From Callorhinchus milii (lineage: Eukaryota), in contig NW_024704743.1 in the NCBI RefSeq assembly GCF_018977255.1, positions 107,820,001 through 107,884,000 of the forward strand: 64,000 nt of DNA. The letters are read 5' to 3'. Position numbers and translations under genes: made by a program. The notes under the pieces are model-generated. The model made no database searches and was not told the origin of the DNA. It saw only the letters and a list, made by a program, of their open reading frames with translations. The number at the start of each line of letters is the position of its first letter. The first letter of the stretch is position 1. Positions 36,986 to 48,828 of the stretch are shown here, piece after piece.

Positions 36986-37494
36986 CGGCATAATCACTGA
37001 ATGCACTAAATATAAAATCGAGCATTAAACTGGCCTTCAATATGTGAACATTTAGTGAACATTAGGAATAATTTTAAGCAGGGATTTATAAGAAGTGGAT
37101 ATACTGAGATAGATTGAAGCCAAGGAGTGTTTAATTGGAAACACCATTCAGAATACTCACAGTCTGTTCACAGCTATGCTTTCATAACTAGTCCCCACTG
37201 AGATAAGTGTTCATATCTGTTTTGTGCCCAAAGCATCCCTTTAAAATAGAGAATCAGAAACTGCTCTTGCCTTACACTTTTCTAACAAAGCCAAATATCA
37301 ATTGTCATTGTTTGGAAATATTCAAAATGACATCTTCTCATAATTTTCATTTGAAAATTAGAAAGCAAAATTCGCAAAACAGCATAGTGCAATAACAACT
37401 CAGGGCTGAAACACCATCAGGCCATTTCGGTCTCCAGATTTTGTTTTATTACACTTTGCTGACTCTTGGAAATCAAAATTGCTCATTTTGTGAA

Positions 37495-37652
37495 TACAAC
37501 AACAAGATTTCATTTATAGAGCGCCTTTCATGTCGGGAGGACACCCAAGGCGCTGGACAGTTGGGTCGGGACCCGAGCGGGGGGGAAATGGTCAGGGTGA
37601 GGGGAGGGAAGGGAGCGAGGAGGGGTAGAGAGTCGAGAAGGGAGCCGAAGGC
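37495..37652 (-). mobile_element. Young L2 3' terminal fragment
   Basis: Highly similar to the reverse complement of 42660-42830. Confidence 0.88.
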
Positions 37653-37879
37653 AAATGAATGCAAATACTGCAAATGAAAGAGCTCTTGCAAAGTACAAAC
37701 AGAAATCCCAATTTGCACCTCTCATTCCTGATGTGAATATCACAAAACAACCGCTACTATTTATCTTACTATGAGCACAGAATTAAACGGTCACTACAAA
37801 TAACAATAATTACCGTGAAGCACTTGGAGAATGTTATAAGGCGTTATATTAAATGCAAGAATTATTATTGTTGTTGTAT

Positions 37880-38315
37880 GTCATCCTGGCTCCTCTTGCC
37901 TTTGAGTCAGAAAGTTGTGGGTTTAAGGCTCCATGTCGAGATTAGGAATTCATCTAATCTAAGATGACACTCCAGTGCAATGCTGCGGGTATGCTGCATT
38001 ATTGGAGTTACTTTTCTTTGGCTGGGATTTTAAACTGAGGCCCTGTCAACCTGTTTAAGTGATTGTTAAAGATCCCATGCCACTATTCAAAAGGAGAAGG
38101 GAATTTCTCCTAGTTTCTTGGCCAACAAACCCCAAATATAATCGGTCATTTACTTAATAGCTGTTTGAGGGATATTGCAATGTGCACAACTGGCTGCAGA
38201 GTTCACCCGTATAACAGTTAGTCAATGTACTTTACAGTATATTCTTTGAAGCATCCTCCCAATGCTATACCAAATTTGAAAGGCACTATATCAAATGTAA
38301 GTATTATTATTATTT
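37880..38315 (+). mobile_element. SacSINE1/DeuSINE-like SINE, near full length
   Basis: ctcttgcctttgagtcagaaagttgtggg...gttaaagatcccatgccactattc...tail. Confidence 0.8.
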
Positions 38316-38479
38316 TTATGCTGGTTGCTGGAGTAAGTTCCCATTGCACTAAAAGTTATACCTGCTGGAGCACAGATGTCTTTGAGGAGAGTTTCTGGAC
38401 TGTAAGAAAACGTTAACAAAAAAACAGAAACAGGCCAGAGCCTCATCTTGCGAGTCGATGTGATGTACATGAGGTTCTC

Positions 38480-38705
38480 CCATTCACTCCTTCATCACGT
38501 CCAAACTCATCTATTTGAACAATTGGGTCTCTAGTCTCCCTAACTCCTCTCTACAAAGCCTGCAGACCATCCAGAACTCAGCAGTCCATGAGCATTTCCT
38601 GCACTAGGCTTTACAATCCCATTACCCCCATCCTCATCGAATTGAATTCAAGATCCTCATCCTCACATTCAAATTCCTCCCCAGCCTTGCCCCCCCTTAT
38701 CTCTG
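38480..38705 (+). mobile_element. L2 ORF2 internal fragment
   Basis: LQTIQNSA...ITPIL..IEFKILILTFK.L..LAPPYL. Confidence 0.7.
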
Positions 38706-38955
38706 TTTTCATGGGGCTGCATTGTTTTAAAGCTTTTGAAGAGCTAGTCTATGAGGAATTACCATGATGTTGATTACATCATTCTGTCTGCATGTTTTAT
38801 TTGCTGATATGCCTCAGGTTTGGAGGATGAAAGAGCTCACAAATCTTAGTTTAACTGTTGGTCATAAATGCCCAGAAAATAAAACAGCCATCATTAAAGC
38901 ACAAATCACCAGCAGGGCTGGAACCAAAGGCTGTTAATATAATTTATGCACTCAC

Positions 38956-38979
38956 CTGTTAAAAAAATGATTCTGAAAG
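38956..38979 (-). other. Candidate 24-nt micro-exon or recursive splice site
   Basis: ttttttctctctatacacaacag|CTTTCAGAATCATTTTTTTAACAG|gtgagt; its 3' end is itself a T-tract-CAG followed directly by GTGAGT. Confidence 0.35.
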
Positions 38980-39159
38980 CTGTTGTGTATAGAGAGAAAA
39001 AAACAGATGTTCTGTAAAGGTACAAGGCTAATATTCTTCTGGGAATTGGTAACTAAGTCTTACATGAAAAGAAGGCATTTGGTGACATCAATATATAGCT
39101 CCTGGTATGAGTTTATTCCAATAATTGCATTTCTAATCCAAGCATCTAAAATGACATTC

Positions 39160-39425
39160 AAATACCGTGCTGAGGGTGTGTTGATTGTCGGAGATACTAT
39201 CCTTTAGCTGAGATGTTAAACTAAGGCCCCAAGAAGGGAAGGGAGATTCTCCCGGTATCCTAACCAACAACCCACCAGCTGAAATTTGTCATTCACTTCA
39301 TTGGCTGTTTAGGACATTGCTATATGCAAATTGTTCTCCTACAAAATAAAATGACTACACTTCATAGTAAATTCTGTGAAGTGCTTTGAAATATCCTCCT
39401 GACATGAAAGGCACTATATCAAATA
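39160..39425 (+). mobile_element. SacSINE1/DeuSINE-like SINE fragment
   Basis: gagatgttaaactaaggccc...gattctcccggtatcc...tail. Confidence 0.65.
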
Positions 39426-39429
39426 CATC

Positions 39430-39985
39430 TCTGAGGGTTGGTGAGTCATTGGAGCCAGGTAAGGATGGGGATGATAAGCTCATGGAGTTTGGTGCGGGAG
39501 AGGACATGAGCTGCAGAATTCTGAATAATCTGCAGTTTGTGGAGGAAGAGTTGGGAAGTCTGGCAAGCTAGGAATTAGCATAGTCAAGCCTGGATGTGAT
39601 GAAAGCATGGATGAGTGTCTCAGCGGCCTGAGGGGAGAGGTAAGTGGCGGAGGCAGACAATGTTGCAGAGGTGGGGGAAGTTGAGGGTCGAACAAGACAT
39701 CAAGGTTCTGTACTGGTTTGATGGAGAGTGCATCTATGAATAGTGATGCTGTCAGGGAGCAAAGTAGGAGTGATGGGAGCAAAGTCGGAGGATCTCTGTC
39801 TTGTCGAGATTCAACTGGAGTAAGTTGGCCTTATCCAGGACATGATGTCTGAAAGAAATCTGTCAGGACAGCAGTTGTCCTGGAATCGAGGGTGGAGGCG
39901 GAGAGATAGAGTAGGGTGTCATCTGCATACATGTGGAAGGTGACACCATCTCTGCGGATGATGTCACTGAGAATGAGCATGTAAA
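39430..39985 (-). mobile_element. L2 ORF2 internal fragment (RT YADD region and downstream)
   Basis: Minus strand HMYADDTLLYL, KPVQNLDVLFDPQL, LQIIQNSAA with frameshifts. Confidence 0.82.
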
Positions 39986-40521
39986 TACTACTACTACTAA
40001 TAATGATCTTTGGATTTAATACAGTGTCTTTTCACATCATCGAGACATCTCAAAACGGTTCACAGGATATACTGTAATATATTAATTATAATATAATAAT
40101 TAAAGAGGAGAGGAGCCAGGTTTGCCACTAAACCTTCACAATCCTACAGAAACAGTGTTAGTTTGAAGTGCTATGTTTCTTCTCTGCTGCACTTCCTATC
40201 TTAAATGGAAGAAATACTTTCTAAAAAAGAATGCTCCCATTTGTCTCTTTAAAATAAAAGCCAGCAGTGATTCTCTCAGCTCAGATTCCTTCAGAGGAGC
40301 CCCAGGCCAGCCTGGTCTGAAGGGTCAGCTTCCACTGATTAAAGCAATAGAGCTGCTCCTGGATACAAGAGCACTTCCCTCGTAACTTACATCAACACAA
40401 CAGCTCACAGTGGGAGCAGACACCGAAATGGTGGAACCCTATCTAGCTTCAAATATATTTTAAACTTGAGGATGGATGTCTCTTAATAGGTTGGGGATTT
40501 TTTTGTTTGCTTCTAGAATGA

Positions 40522-40613
40522 GAACAACAACAACAACAAGATTCCATTTATAAAGCGCCTTTCACGTCAGGAGGACGTCCCAAGGCCTTTCACGTCAGGA
40601 GGACGTCCCAAGG
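40522..40613 (-). mobile_element. L2 tail with an exact 28-bp tandem duplication of the stem-loop
   Basis: cctttcacgtcaggaggacgtcccaagg at 40558-40585 and 40586-40613. Confidence 0.8.
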
Positions 40614-41461
40614 AGAAACAGTACATAGAAATAAATGAGAAATAGTACAGTACATATCTCGGCAATGTGATAAGGTGATATATCAAATGCAAGGGTTATT
40701 ATTAATTTTATTATTATTATAGAGTTTGGTACAGAAGGCATCCTCTTCAGCCCTGCCTTCTCAATTAACTAACAGAAAAAAGCATCTGACTCAAACCTTC
40801 TGGTAGGTTGTAAAACAATAGCAGTTGCCTCATCAATAGTAAGTCAGGTTGTCAACACTGTGGAGCCCTTTGTAACCCAAAGGTGATTGTCTATTTGCTT
40901 CACATAGGACGTCGAGTCTTGAGCTCCACTAATGTAAGAGTGTTCAGTAGCTGCACACAGTGCCCTCTTTAATGCCACTCACAAACTAAACATTTGACAG
41001 TGTCTATCAGTCCCTCCGACTCTTACTCTCCATCACCTCACAACCTAGCTCTTTGACTGCATCTTCGGTCATCTTTCACTTCCATCCCAATCCCCCCCAA
41101 CCCCCTCAGCTGCCAGCTTGGTGCCAAGCCAGGGTTGTTAAGCATCTTGGGATGTCCTTCTGACGTTAAAGTTGCTGGAAAAATGTAAATCACCCCTGAA
41201 AGTAGGATCCAAATGCAGATGACCTGACCTGCAAAATTTCATGTTAATATATCCTTGTTTACCAGATTAGGCTATAGTGACCTTGGGCTGTCATTCTCTC
41301 TGTGTTTAAGCTGTTCCTATATGTTGGTGGTCCCTCCGATGCCTATTTACTCTATTATCATATAAATGGCCATAATATCAGAATTGATAATAACTATACA
41401 GTTGTTATCAAATTGTTAAAGACACAATGGAAATACTTCAAAACTGGCTACTGTATTTTAC

Positions 41462-41664
41462 TGCCGGTTGTCTCCTCCTTGGAGTGTTAGAGGAGATGTG
41501 AGATTTCTTGGTGCTGTTAGTAAGCCTTTGAATTCGGAAGGGATGTCTGCATCCAATAGAGGAGTGGAGAGAGGAAGTGTGGGAGATCTGTTCATAATTG
41601 GTTTAGGCAGAGGAACACAGACTGGTGGAATCAGATCTTTTGACTTGGCTTTGTGAATTCCCAT
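41462..41664 (-). other. Candidate first coding exon, Pro/Ser-rich (MGIHKAKSKDL...GGDNR)
   Basis: Strong Kozak acaaATGG, 67 open codons of non-repeat sequence, weak donor GCA|gtaaaa in phase 2, compatible with the 38956-38979 micro-exon; no homolog recognised. Confidence 0.2.
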
Positions 41665-41755
41665 TTGTAAGATCTCCAAAGAAAAATGCTTTAAAAAATT
41701 TGAAACCTCATTCTTACTTCCTACCATTTTATCTTTCCATGTGTTTTCCATTCAG

Positions 41756-41782
41756 GTCAACATCTGAGTTCTTAGTCAGTCG
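41756..41782 (+). other. Candidate 27-nt exon
   Basis: ttttatctttccatgtgttttccattcag|GTCAACATCTGAGTTCTTAGTCAGTCG|gtgagc. Confidence 0.3.
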
Positions 41783-42209
41783 GTGAGCGAGTCACCAGTG
41801 GAGGCCAGCTGCATCCTTGCTTGATTGATTCCAGTTTCTATTATCTATCCTTTGTTACACTGAACATACTCAAAGCGTACTCACTGTAAATTTGACCGAT
41901 GCAGTAAATATGTCAAGCATAGTTTGTGTAGAATATTCTTCTTTGTTAAGGGTTCTTATTTAAATTGAATTGCTAATTGATTGTTGGTCTTTTGCACGCA
42001 AATCTGCAAATCTATGTTTTTCATTTGAGGCCAACATCTAGATCCCAGAATAAAAAGGATTAACAAACATATTATACATTTCTCAGGATTCAAATGTGTA
42101 CGCTTTATGCTGGACATTAATATTATAATAATCTTTGGATTTGATATAACACCTTATCATGTCATCACAATGTTTCACAGGATTTATTGTAGAGTGTAGT
42201 GAGTACATT

Positions 42210-43180
42210 AGAATACATCAGAATATACAGCACAGAAACAGGCCATTTGGTCCAACTGGTCTATGCTGGTGTTTATGCTCCACATGAGCCTCCTCCTGCC
42301 CTTCCTCAACTAAGCCTTCAAGCATAACCTTCTATTCCTTTCTCCTTCATGTATCTATCTCGTTTTCCCTTAAATGCATCTATGTTATTTGCCTCAACAA
42401 CTCCTCGCGGTAACATGTTCCACATTCCCACTACTCTCTGTGTGAAGAAATTTCTTATAACATCCCTATTTGATCTATTTGTGACTATTTTATATTGACG
42501 GCCCCTGGTTTTGGTCACCCCCACAAGTGGAAACATGTTCCCTATGTCTACCCTATCAAACCCTTTCATAATTTTAAAGACCTCTATCAGGTCACCCCTT
42601 CGCCTTGTTTCCTCCCTTTCCTCCTTCAAGGTCGGTCTCAAGACCTTTCTCTTCGACCGTACCTTCAGCTCCTCTCTCGACTCGCTACACCCTCCTCGCT
42701 CCCTCCCTTCCCTCCCCTCACCCTGACCATTTCCCCCCTGCTCGGGTCCCGACCCAACTGTCCAGCGCCTTGGGACGTCCTCCCAACGTGAAAGGCGCTC
42801 TCTAAATGAAATCTTGTTGTTGTTGTTGTTACCTTCCTCTTTTCAAGAGAAAAGAGTCCAAGCATGTTCAGCCTTTCCTGATAGGTATAACCTCTCAGTT
42901 CTGGGATCCTCCTTGTGAAGTTCCTTTGTACCCTCTCCAGTGCCTCGACATCCCTTCTATAATGTGGGGACCAGAACTGCACACAATATTCTAAGTGTGG
43001 TCTAACCAAGTTTACCATAACTTTACCATAACTTCCCTGCTTTTCATTTCTATCCCTCTAGAAATGAACCCCAATGTCTGGTTTGCTTTTTTATGGCTTT
43101 ATTAACTGTGTTGCTACTTTCAGTGAATTGTGTACGTGTACCCCTTGATCCCTTTGATCCTCTACTCCATTTAGATTTTT
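42210..43180 (-). mobile_element. CR1 LINE 3' fragment interrupted by an L2 piece
   Basis: LVRPHLEYCVQFWSPHYRRDVEALERVQR, LGLFSLEKR|RRGDLIEVFKIMKGFDRVD, FFTQRVVGMWNMLP. Confidence 0.93.
42607..42830 (+). mobile_element. Young L2 3' fragment nested in CR1
   Basis: SFKVGLKTFLFDR, clean stem-loop agcgccttgggacgtcctcccaacgtgaaaggcgct, (TTG)n; CCTT on both sides. Confidence 0.9.
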
Positions 43181-43189
43181 ATTTTCCAG

Positions 43190-43512
43190 GATGTATGTAA
43201 CTTTTCCAGGATGTATCTGACTGCATATAGTGATTGCATATTTTGTAGGCAAACAAACACAGCAGACCACAAATAACCAAGAGTAAACAATCGATTTAAT
43301 CTAGAGTATTGTTGGCTAGGATACCAGGGGAAACTACCTCCTCTTATTGAATGATGCCAAGGGATCATTAACATCCATGTGAACAAACAGCACCTCCGAC
43401 AATGCAGTGCTCGACCAGCACTGCATTGGATTATCAGCCTAAACTGTGAGCTCAAAGTTTCTAATCCAACATCTTCTGACTCAGTGAAACCAAATGAGCA
43501 AGGCTGACACCT
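43190..43512 (-). mobile_element. SacSINE1/DeuSINE-like SINE
   Basis: Antisense Deu core and head (cagcacctccgacaatgcagtgc, cttctgactcag). Confidence 0.75.
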
Positions 43513-43679
43513 GTTAAAGGATTTTGTGGTTTCCTTTGAGATGCCAAAGCAGTACACTAAAATGCATGGAAAAGATTTTTGGAGGATTTTGGAGAAAAGA
43601 TGAAAAAGATTAGCAAGACAACTGAGGGCAGAGCTAACAATGAATTTTAAAACCAGACAAAAGTAACCAAAGAAGTAAC

Positions 43680-44060
43680 TGGATGGCTGAGAGCATAAAG
43701 GCACCACCTGGCGCAACACTAAACCATACAGTTTTGATTCCCAAACTGTGCCAAGTTAGTTAATCTCAGTTGGAGTGCTACAATTGACCATGGGCTATGG
43801 AGGGGAAAATTAATCAGGGTCATTACTGGATTGTTATCCAGTGACCTCTGCTGGTAAATTCATGTGTGTGAGTGTAACTGTCTGGTCTGAATCAGATCAG
43901 GCTGTAATGCCCCTCAACAGATGAACAATCTTCTAACACTTGTTGTCCAGACTAACATACGGCAATTTAGATGATGGAGGGTGGTTGGCAGCTTAGCAAA
44001 GCAAGAATTAATGCCTTCAGTAGAGGATCCTTCAGTAGAGGAAGAAAAAATAAAGATATA
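43680..44060 (+). mobile_element. Ancient AmnSINE2-like SINE
   Basis: ctgtgccaagttagttaatctcag...ctacaattgacc...gaggggaaaattaatcaggg...tatccagtgacctctgctgg...ccttcagtagagga. Confidence 0.65.
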
Positions 44061-44999
44061 AGTGAAGATTTAGAGAAAATAGCGTTTTCAAAAAGAGTTA
44101 AACAGATAAACTAAATTGGATAAATAATGAGGAGCATGCTAAAAGACGATGAAGGATTGAAAAGAGGACAAAAAAATCTGGTGTTCACTCCTCTGAGAAA
44201 GTCACAATCCCAACATGTACATGTGTGGACCGAAAGACATTTTGAGATAAAGAACTGTCAGGAGAACAGTGCCTTGCTTTCATGATGTGCATGGGTTCTG
44301 TGGAAGATCACAATGGTCACATTGACTGAGGTGCAGCTTTTAAGATGAGTTGTACATTTCTATGATTGTGGTTTGGTGATGAGCCAAGATACCATACACT
44401 ATTCAAAAAGAGAAGGTATCCAACTCTTTCCAGATGAATTATACAATACACATTTATGCAGCTCCTTTCATGTCGGGAAAATGTTTCAAAGTACCTTTCA
44501 CTGCTGGCTGGGCACTTGGGGCAGAGAGGAAAGATGACCAAAAGCAATGGTTAAACAGATATGTCTTGAAAGTGGGGAGGGGGCAGGCGAGTCGGAGACA
44601 CTTGATCATTTACCTCATTGCTATTTGTGCGATTTTGCTGTTGCAAAAAATGGCTTAATTGACTTCACATGACAGTGATTAAGTGTGATGCTCTTTGAGA
44701 TGGTTTGATATGATCAAGCATTAGAAAAAAAGTTATTTCTTTCTTAAAAGTAAGTACGTACTGTAAAGAGAGTTGAGACTTTGCCATAGTGTTAGCTAAT
44801 TCTCACCACTTGGTGTCAGTGTGCTTTGGATTTCTTAATTTATAACTGTGCCACCAAGAATAAGTCATTCTAATATATTTTTTGTGGTATTTTTGTATTT
44901 CAAGCTAAGGAATAGCATACTGAGGATTTCAACCTTCTTCATGAATTTAACATTTGATGGATACGTTAAGTAAAGTTACTTTGTTTGTAATGTCATCTC

Positions 45000-45410
45000 A
45001 GTTCCACGCTACCCTTTGGGTTGGAAGATTATAGTCTGAAGACCCATAATATGACTGGAATCTCCAGTCCAAGCTGACATTCTGGGAGAGTATTGTATGG
45101 TTGAGTGCTGTCTCTTGGATGAAACTTTAACCTGAGGCACCGTCTGCCTGATTGGGTGGACGTGAAAGTTCCAATCATGTTATTTGAAAAGCAAAGGATG
45201 TTTCTACCAGTTTTAAGCCCAACAACCCCCTAGATAAAATTGATCACTTCATGGCAGTTTGTGTGATTTTGCTGTGCGCAAATTGGCTGCTACATTTGTC
45301 TACAAAATACACAGTCACTACACTTTACAGTGTATCTTGTGAAGTGTTTTGAGATGTCCTCTGAACATGAAAGGCATTATATCAAATGAAAGCTCTATTT
45401 TTATTATCAG
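45000..45410 (+). mobile_element. SacSINE1/DeuSINE-like SINE
   Basis: Deu core and atggcagtttgtgtgattttgctgtgcgcaaattggctgc through to the tail. Confidence 0.78.
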
Positions 45411-45749
45411 CATTTTTTAGTCTCCTAAAGGAACATTTCGTAGAAGTATTCCTTGATGGTTAGCAAGGAAAACCTTATAATGTTCATCATTTATCCTCAT
45501 ATTTGTGCTGTTGAATCCAGGCCCGCTGCTTACTTTACTCTCCCCAATAGCTTGCCATCTACACCACACTTCCCAGAAGCCAATTTGTCTCATCAAGTAA
45601 TAGATTCGTAATAGAATAGTAATAGACTACTTGATGCCTATAACATACAAAAATGTTCCTAATCAGAACTTTATGAAAGAGTTAATGAACTTCAACGCAA
45701 TAATTTTCTCAGAAGTCTCTTTAGGATTGCTAGCTTCTGCAATGGCATA

Positions 45750-46140
45750 AGGGACATTAGACTGAGGTCCCATCAGCAACTGTTCAAGATTCCATGGCTA
45801 TATTCAAAAAGAGAAGGAAGTTTCTCTCCGTGCCCTGGCCAAATTTGCAGGGCTGTGGGGAGAGCGCGGGGGAGTGGGATTGATTTGGATAACTCTTTTC
45901 AAAGAGCTGGCACAGACATGATGGGACAAATGCCCCCCTCCTTTGCTTTATAATTCTATGATTCTATTATATGATTCACTCCATGGCTGTTTGTGGGATA
46001 TTTGTGTGCACAGATTGGTTGCTGGGTTCATTTACAAATATGCAGTCATTCCACTTTACAGTATATCCTGCGAAGCGCTTTGAAGCGTCCTTGTGAAGTG
46101 AAAGGCACTATACCAAATGCAAGATTTATTTGTTATTATT
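45750..46140 (+). mobile_element. DeuSINE-like 3' half containing a CR1 3' end (~45841-45975)
   Basis: CR1 end gcagggctgtggggagagcgcgggggagtgg...aaagagctggcacagacatgatgg...(attctat)n lies between two SINE blocks. Confidence 0.75.
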
Positions 46141-46829
46141 AATGGGAGAACATTGTGCAGTTTAATGAGAAAAAAACAAATTGAATTTACAACAAGGAAA
46201 AAAAGAACAAATTGCATTGTTAATTCATCATGAATTTCGTAGTTCTTGTTTGTTCTGCCAGCTGTACACTTCTGTGGAGTCTGGAACATGCTAAACAAGG
46301 TTAATTCATATCTAAGCTGACAGTGTGATGAGCAGCACATGTAGTTTTAACCAAATTTGGAATAAGAAGGAGAAATGTTACCAAGGCTCCCAGTCATGAT
46401 CACTAATCAACAACTTTTGTTTAACTAACACATTTCACATAGAAGAATATCTCAAAGTGCTTGACAAATATAATACTGGAAACTGAGTGCTACTTATGTG
46501 CAAGTTCCTATGGGTTAGTGGGACATATTTCCAGTTATCGGAGGGAGTCCCTGCTTTTTACTCAAAGCCTTAAAAAGGAATTCTGTTGGAGATTGACGTA
46601 TTTCGGATCCCACTGACTGTTATAATTAGAGAGGAAAGAGGAGGGCTGGAGGCTTGTATGCAGTGTAAACACTGTCATGGATTAGTTGGACAGAATGGGT
46701 TGTTTTCACACTGTATCACTCTATATAATTATGTTACAATCAACTCCCTTTGATGATCTGCTGGCCTGTCAACCAATGCTGTCTTGAGATTGTCAAGATA
46801 TTGACCTTGGATATTGACCTGCCAAACTC

Positions 46830-47060
46830 TGATTTGTTCACAGAGAGAGTTGTTGGGCTGCGAAATGCCCTGTTTAGAGAGGTGATTGAAGCAAGAGTCC
46901 ATTCTGGGTGTGAATAGGGAAGTAGACAAGTACATGAAACTTTGAAGAGATATGGGGATAGGTCGGGACAGTGGGATTGAATGAACAACTTGCTTTGAGA
47001 GCAGGTGCAGACTTGATGGGCCACATGGCTTCCCTCTGTTCTGTAAATTTCTATGATGCA
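46830..47060 (+). mobile_element. CR1 LINE 3' terminal fragment
   Basis: ttgttcacagagagagttgttggg...gaagtagacaagtacatg...gacttgatgggccacatggc. Confidence 0.75.
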
Positions 47061-47479
47061 ATGAAATGCAACCATGCAGTAAATATTTCTAACATAGGTT
47101 TAATGGTAAATTAACCTTTCTGCATTTCAGTGCTTAAGTGCTGAATGGATGGCAAAATTACTACAGACTCCAAAGTTTTAAAATTTGAGAAACATCTTTA
47201 TTGACTCACATTGTAAAGTGGCCTGAAATAAAATGTGCCCAGCAATTTTGTGATAAACCAGAAGTACTTGTAATTGTGTCACTGGCTGACAGTTCAAGTC
47301 TAGTACTTAGTAATTTTATGACAAATCTGATTGAAGTACAAAGCTTTTGCTATTATTTCCCTGAGCTTTATCTATGATTTCTGCCAGTAACAAGAGACTC
47401 CCACTGGAAATGAATAATTTCTGATATTTTTCAACTGTTTGAAATTTTTAAAGGAGAGCTAAACGCTCCACTTGCTTTG

Positions 47480-47670
47480 GCTCCAATGTTCTTCCTTACA
47501 CAAGCTACAGACTACTCAGAATTCTGCAGCCCATTAGCCTATCGCCTCCATCTTTGCTTGGGCTCCACTGGCTCCCCATCCCCTAGCAGATCCAATTCAA
47601 GATCCTCGCCCTAATGTTTGAATCCCTCCATGGCCTTGTCCCACCTCTGTGACCTTCCACAACCCCAAAG
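47480..47670 (+). mobile_element. L2 ORF2 fragment
   Basis: KLQTTQNSAA, LHWLPI..IQFKIL. Confidence 0.7.
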
Positions 47671-48314
47671 ACCGCCCCCCCCATAGCTTCAAAACTTTAA
47701 TCCAAGATCTGTGGAGCATATTATACAAAGAAAGATGTAGCAAAAAATATTGCTATGTTTAGTGATCAATGTAAATTAGATTTGGTCAGATCTTTTAATC
47801 CCAAAGCTTTGCCCTTTCATCATATCCAGTAAATCTTACAAACTATCTGTATTTTGCTTTGGTCCACTCCTACCCCGCTTTCGAAGCCTGCCTCCACACA
47901 TACCTCTTTGACTGAACTTTCAGTCAACTTTCCCCTCCCCACCCTTTTCAGCACATAGCGAGCAGTATAAACCACTTTGAGACATCCTCTCGAAATCAAA
48001 GGTGCTATATAAATTGGTCTGTATTTTGTTAAATATCCCCTTTATTTCACAATTATAGCTTCTTGGAGAATAGAATTCTACATCTTCACAACCCTTGGTG
48101 ACAAAATGCCTCTTGACTTCAGTTCTAACTGTCTTAGTTTCTGATTTCAAGATTTTTTTTTTGCCCCTTGTGATGGACTACATTGTCTGGTAGGCACTCC
48201 AAAGTCCCTCCACTTTACAGTATATCCTGTGAGATGCCCTATTGATGAGAAAGGAGCTATATCAAATGTAAAGATTATTATTATCATTATAAGGAGTTAT
48301 AAAAATACCAATCG

Positions 48315-48643
48315 ATGTTAGTTTGGCTCAGTTGGTAGCACTCACTGCATCAGAAGGTTGTGAGTTGAAGCCCAATGTTGGGACGAAAGTCTGCCTGTTC
48401 AGATGGACATTACAAATCTCATGGCATTATTTGAAAAAGGGGGAGTTTCTGCCCGTGTCCTAGCCAACAATCCCCTATACAAAATGTATCATTCATGTCA
48501 TGGCTGTTCTTTGGGATGTCGCAAATTGGCTGTTGTGTTCTCCTAAAAATACACAATTACTACACTTTCCATTAAATCCTGTGAAGTGTTTTGAGGTGTC
48601 TTCCGACATGAAAAGTGTTATATCAAATGCAAAGATCATTATT
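48315..48643 (+). mobile_element. SacSINE1/DeuSINE-like SINE
   Basis: ttggctcagttggtagcactc...tcagaaggttgtg, Deu core, tail. Confidence 0.8.
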
Positions 48644-48828
48644 ATTGCCATGGGCTGATCATGAGATAATGACTATTTGCTTGATATTTTACAACAAACA
48701 ATAATAATATTATTATTAATAATAATAAATCATTTACTTTCTTTCTAAAAAGATATATTTTGTGGAAAATGTTTATTGTAAAATATTGAAACAAAATATT
48801 CATTATCTCATGATCAGCCCATGGCAAT
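48644..48828. mobile_element. MITE-like element with perfect 29-bp terminal inverted repeats
   Basis: attgccatgggctgatcatgagataatga ... tcattatctcatgatcagcccatggcaat; arms extend imperfectly to ~60 bp around an AT-rich core. Confidence 0.8.

Noticed and set aside
40296..40325. Collagen-like GAPGQPGLKG
   Set aside because: Only three Gly-X-Y triplets, the needed acceptor is preceded by a closer CAG, and no other collagen-like exons were found
43171..43719. 182-aa minus-strand ORF
   Set aside because: It runs across two SINE remnants and the unique sequence between them; no coding signature
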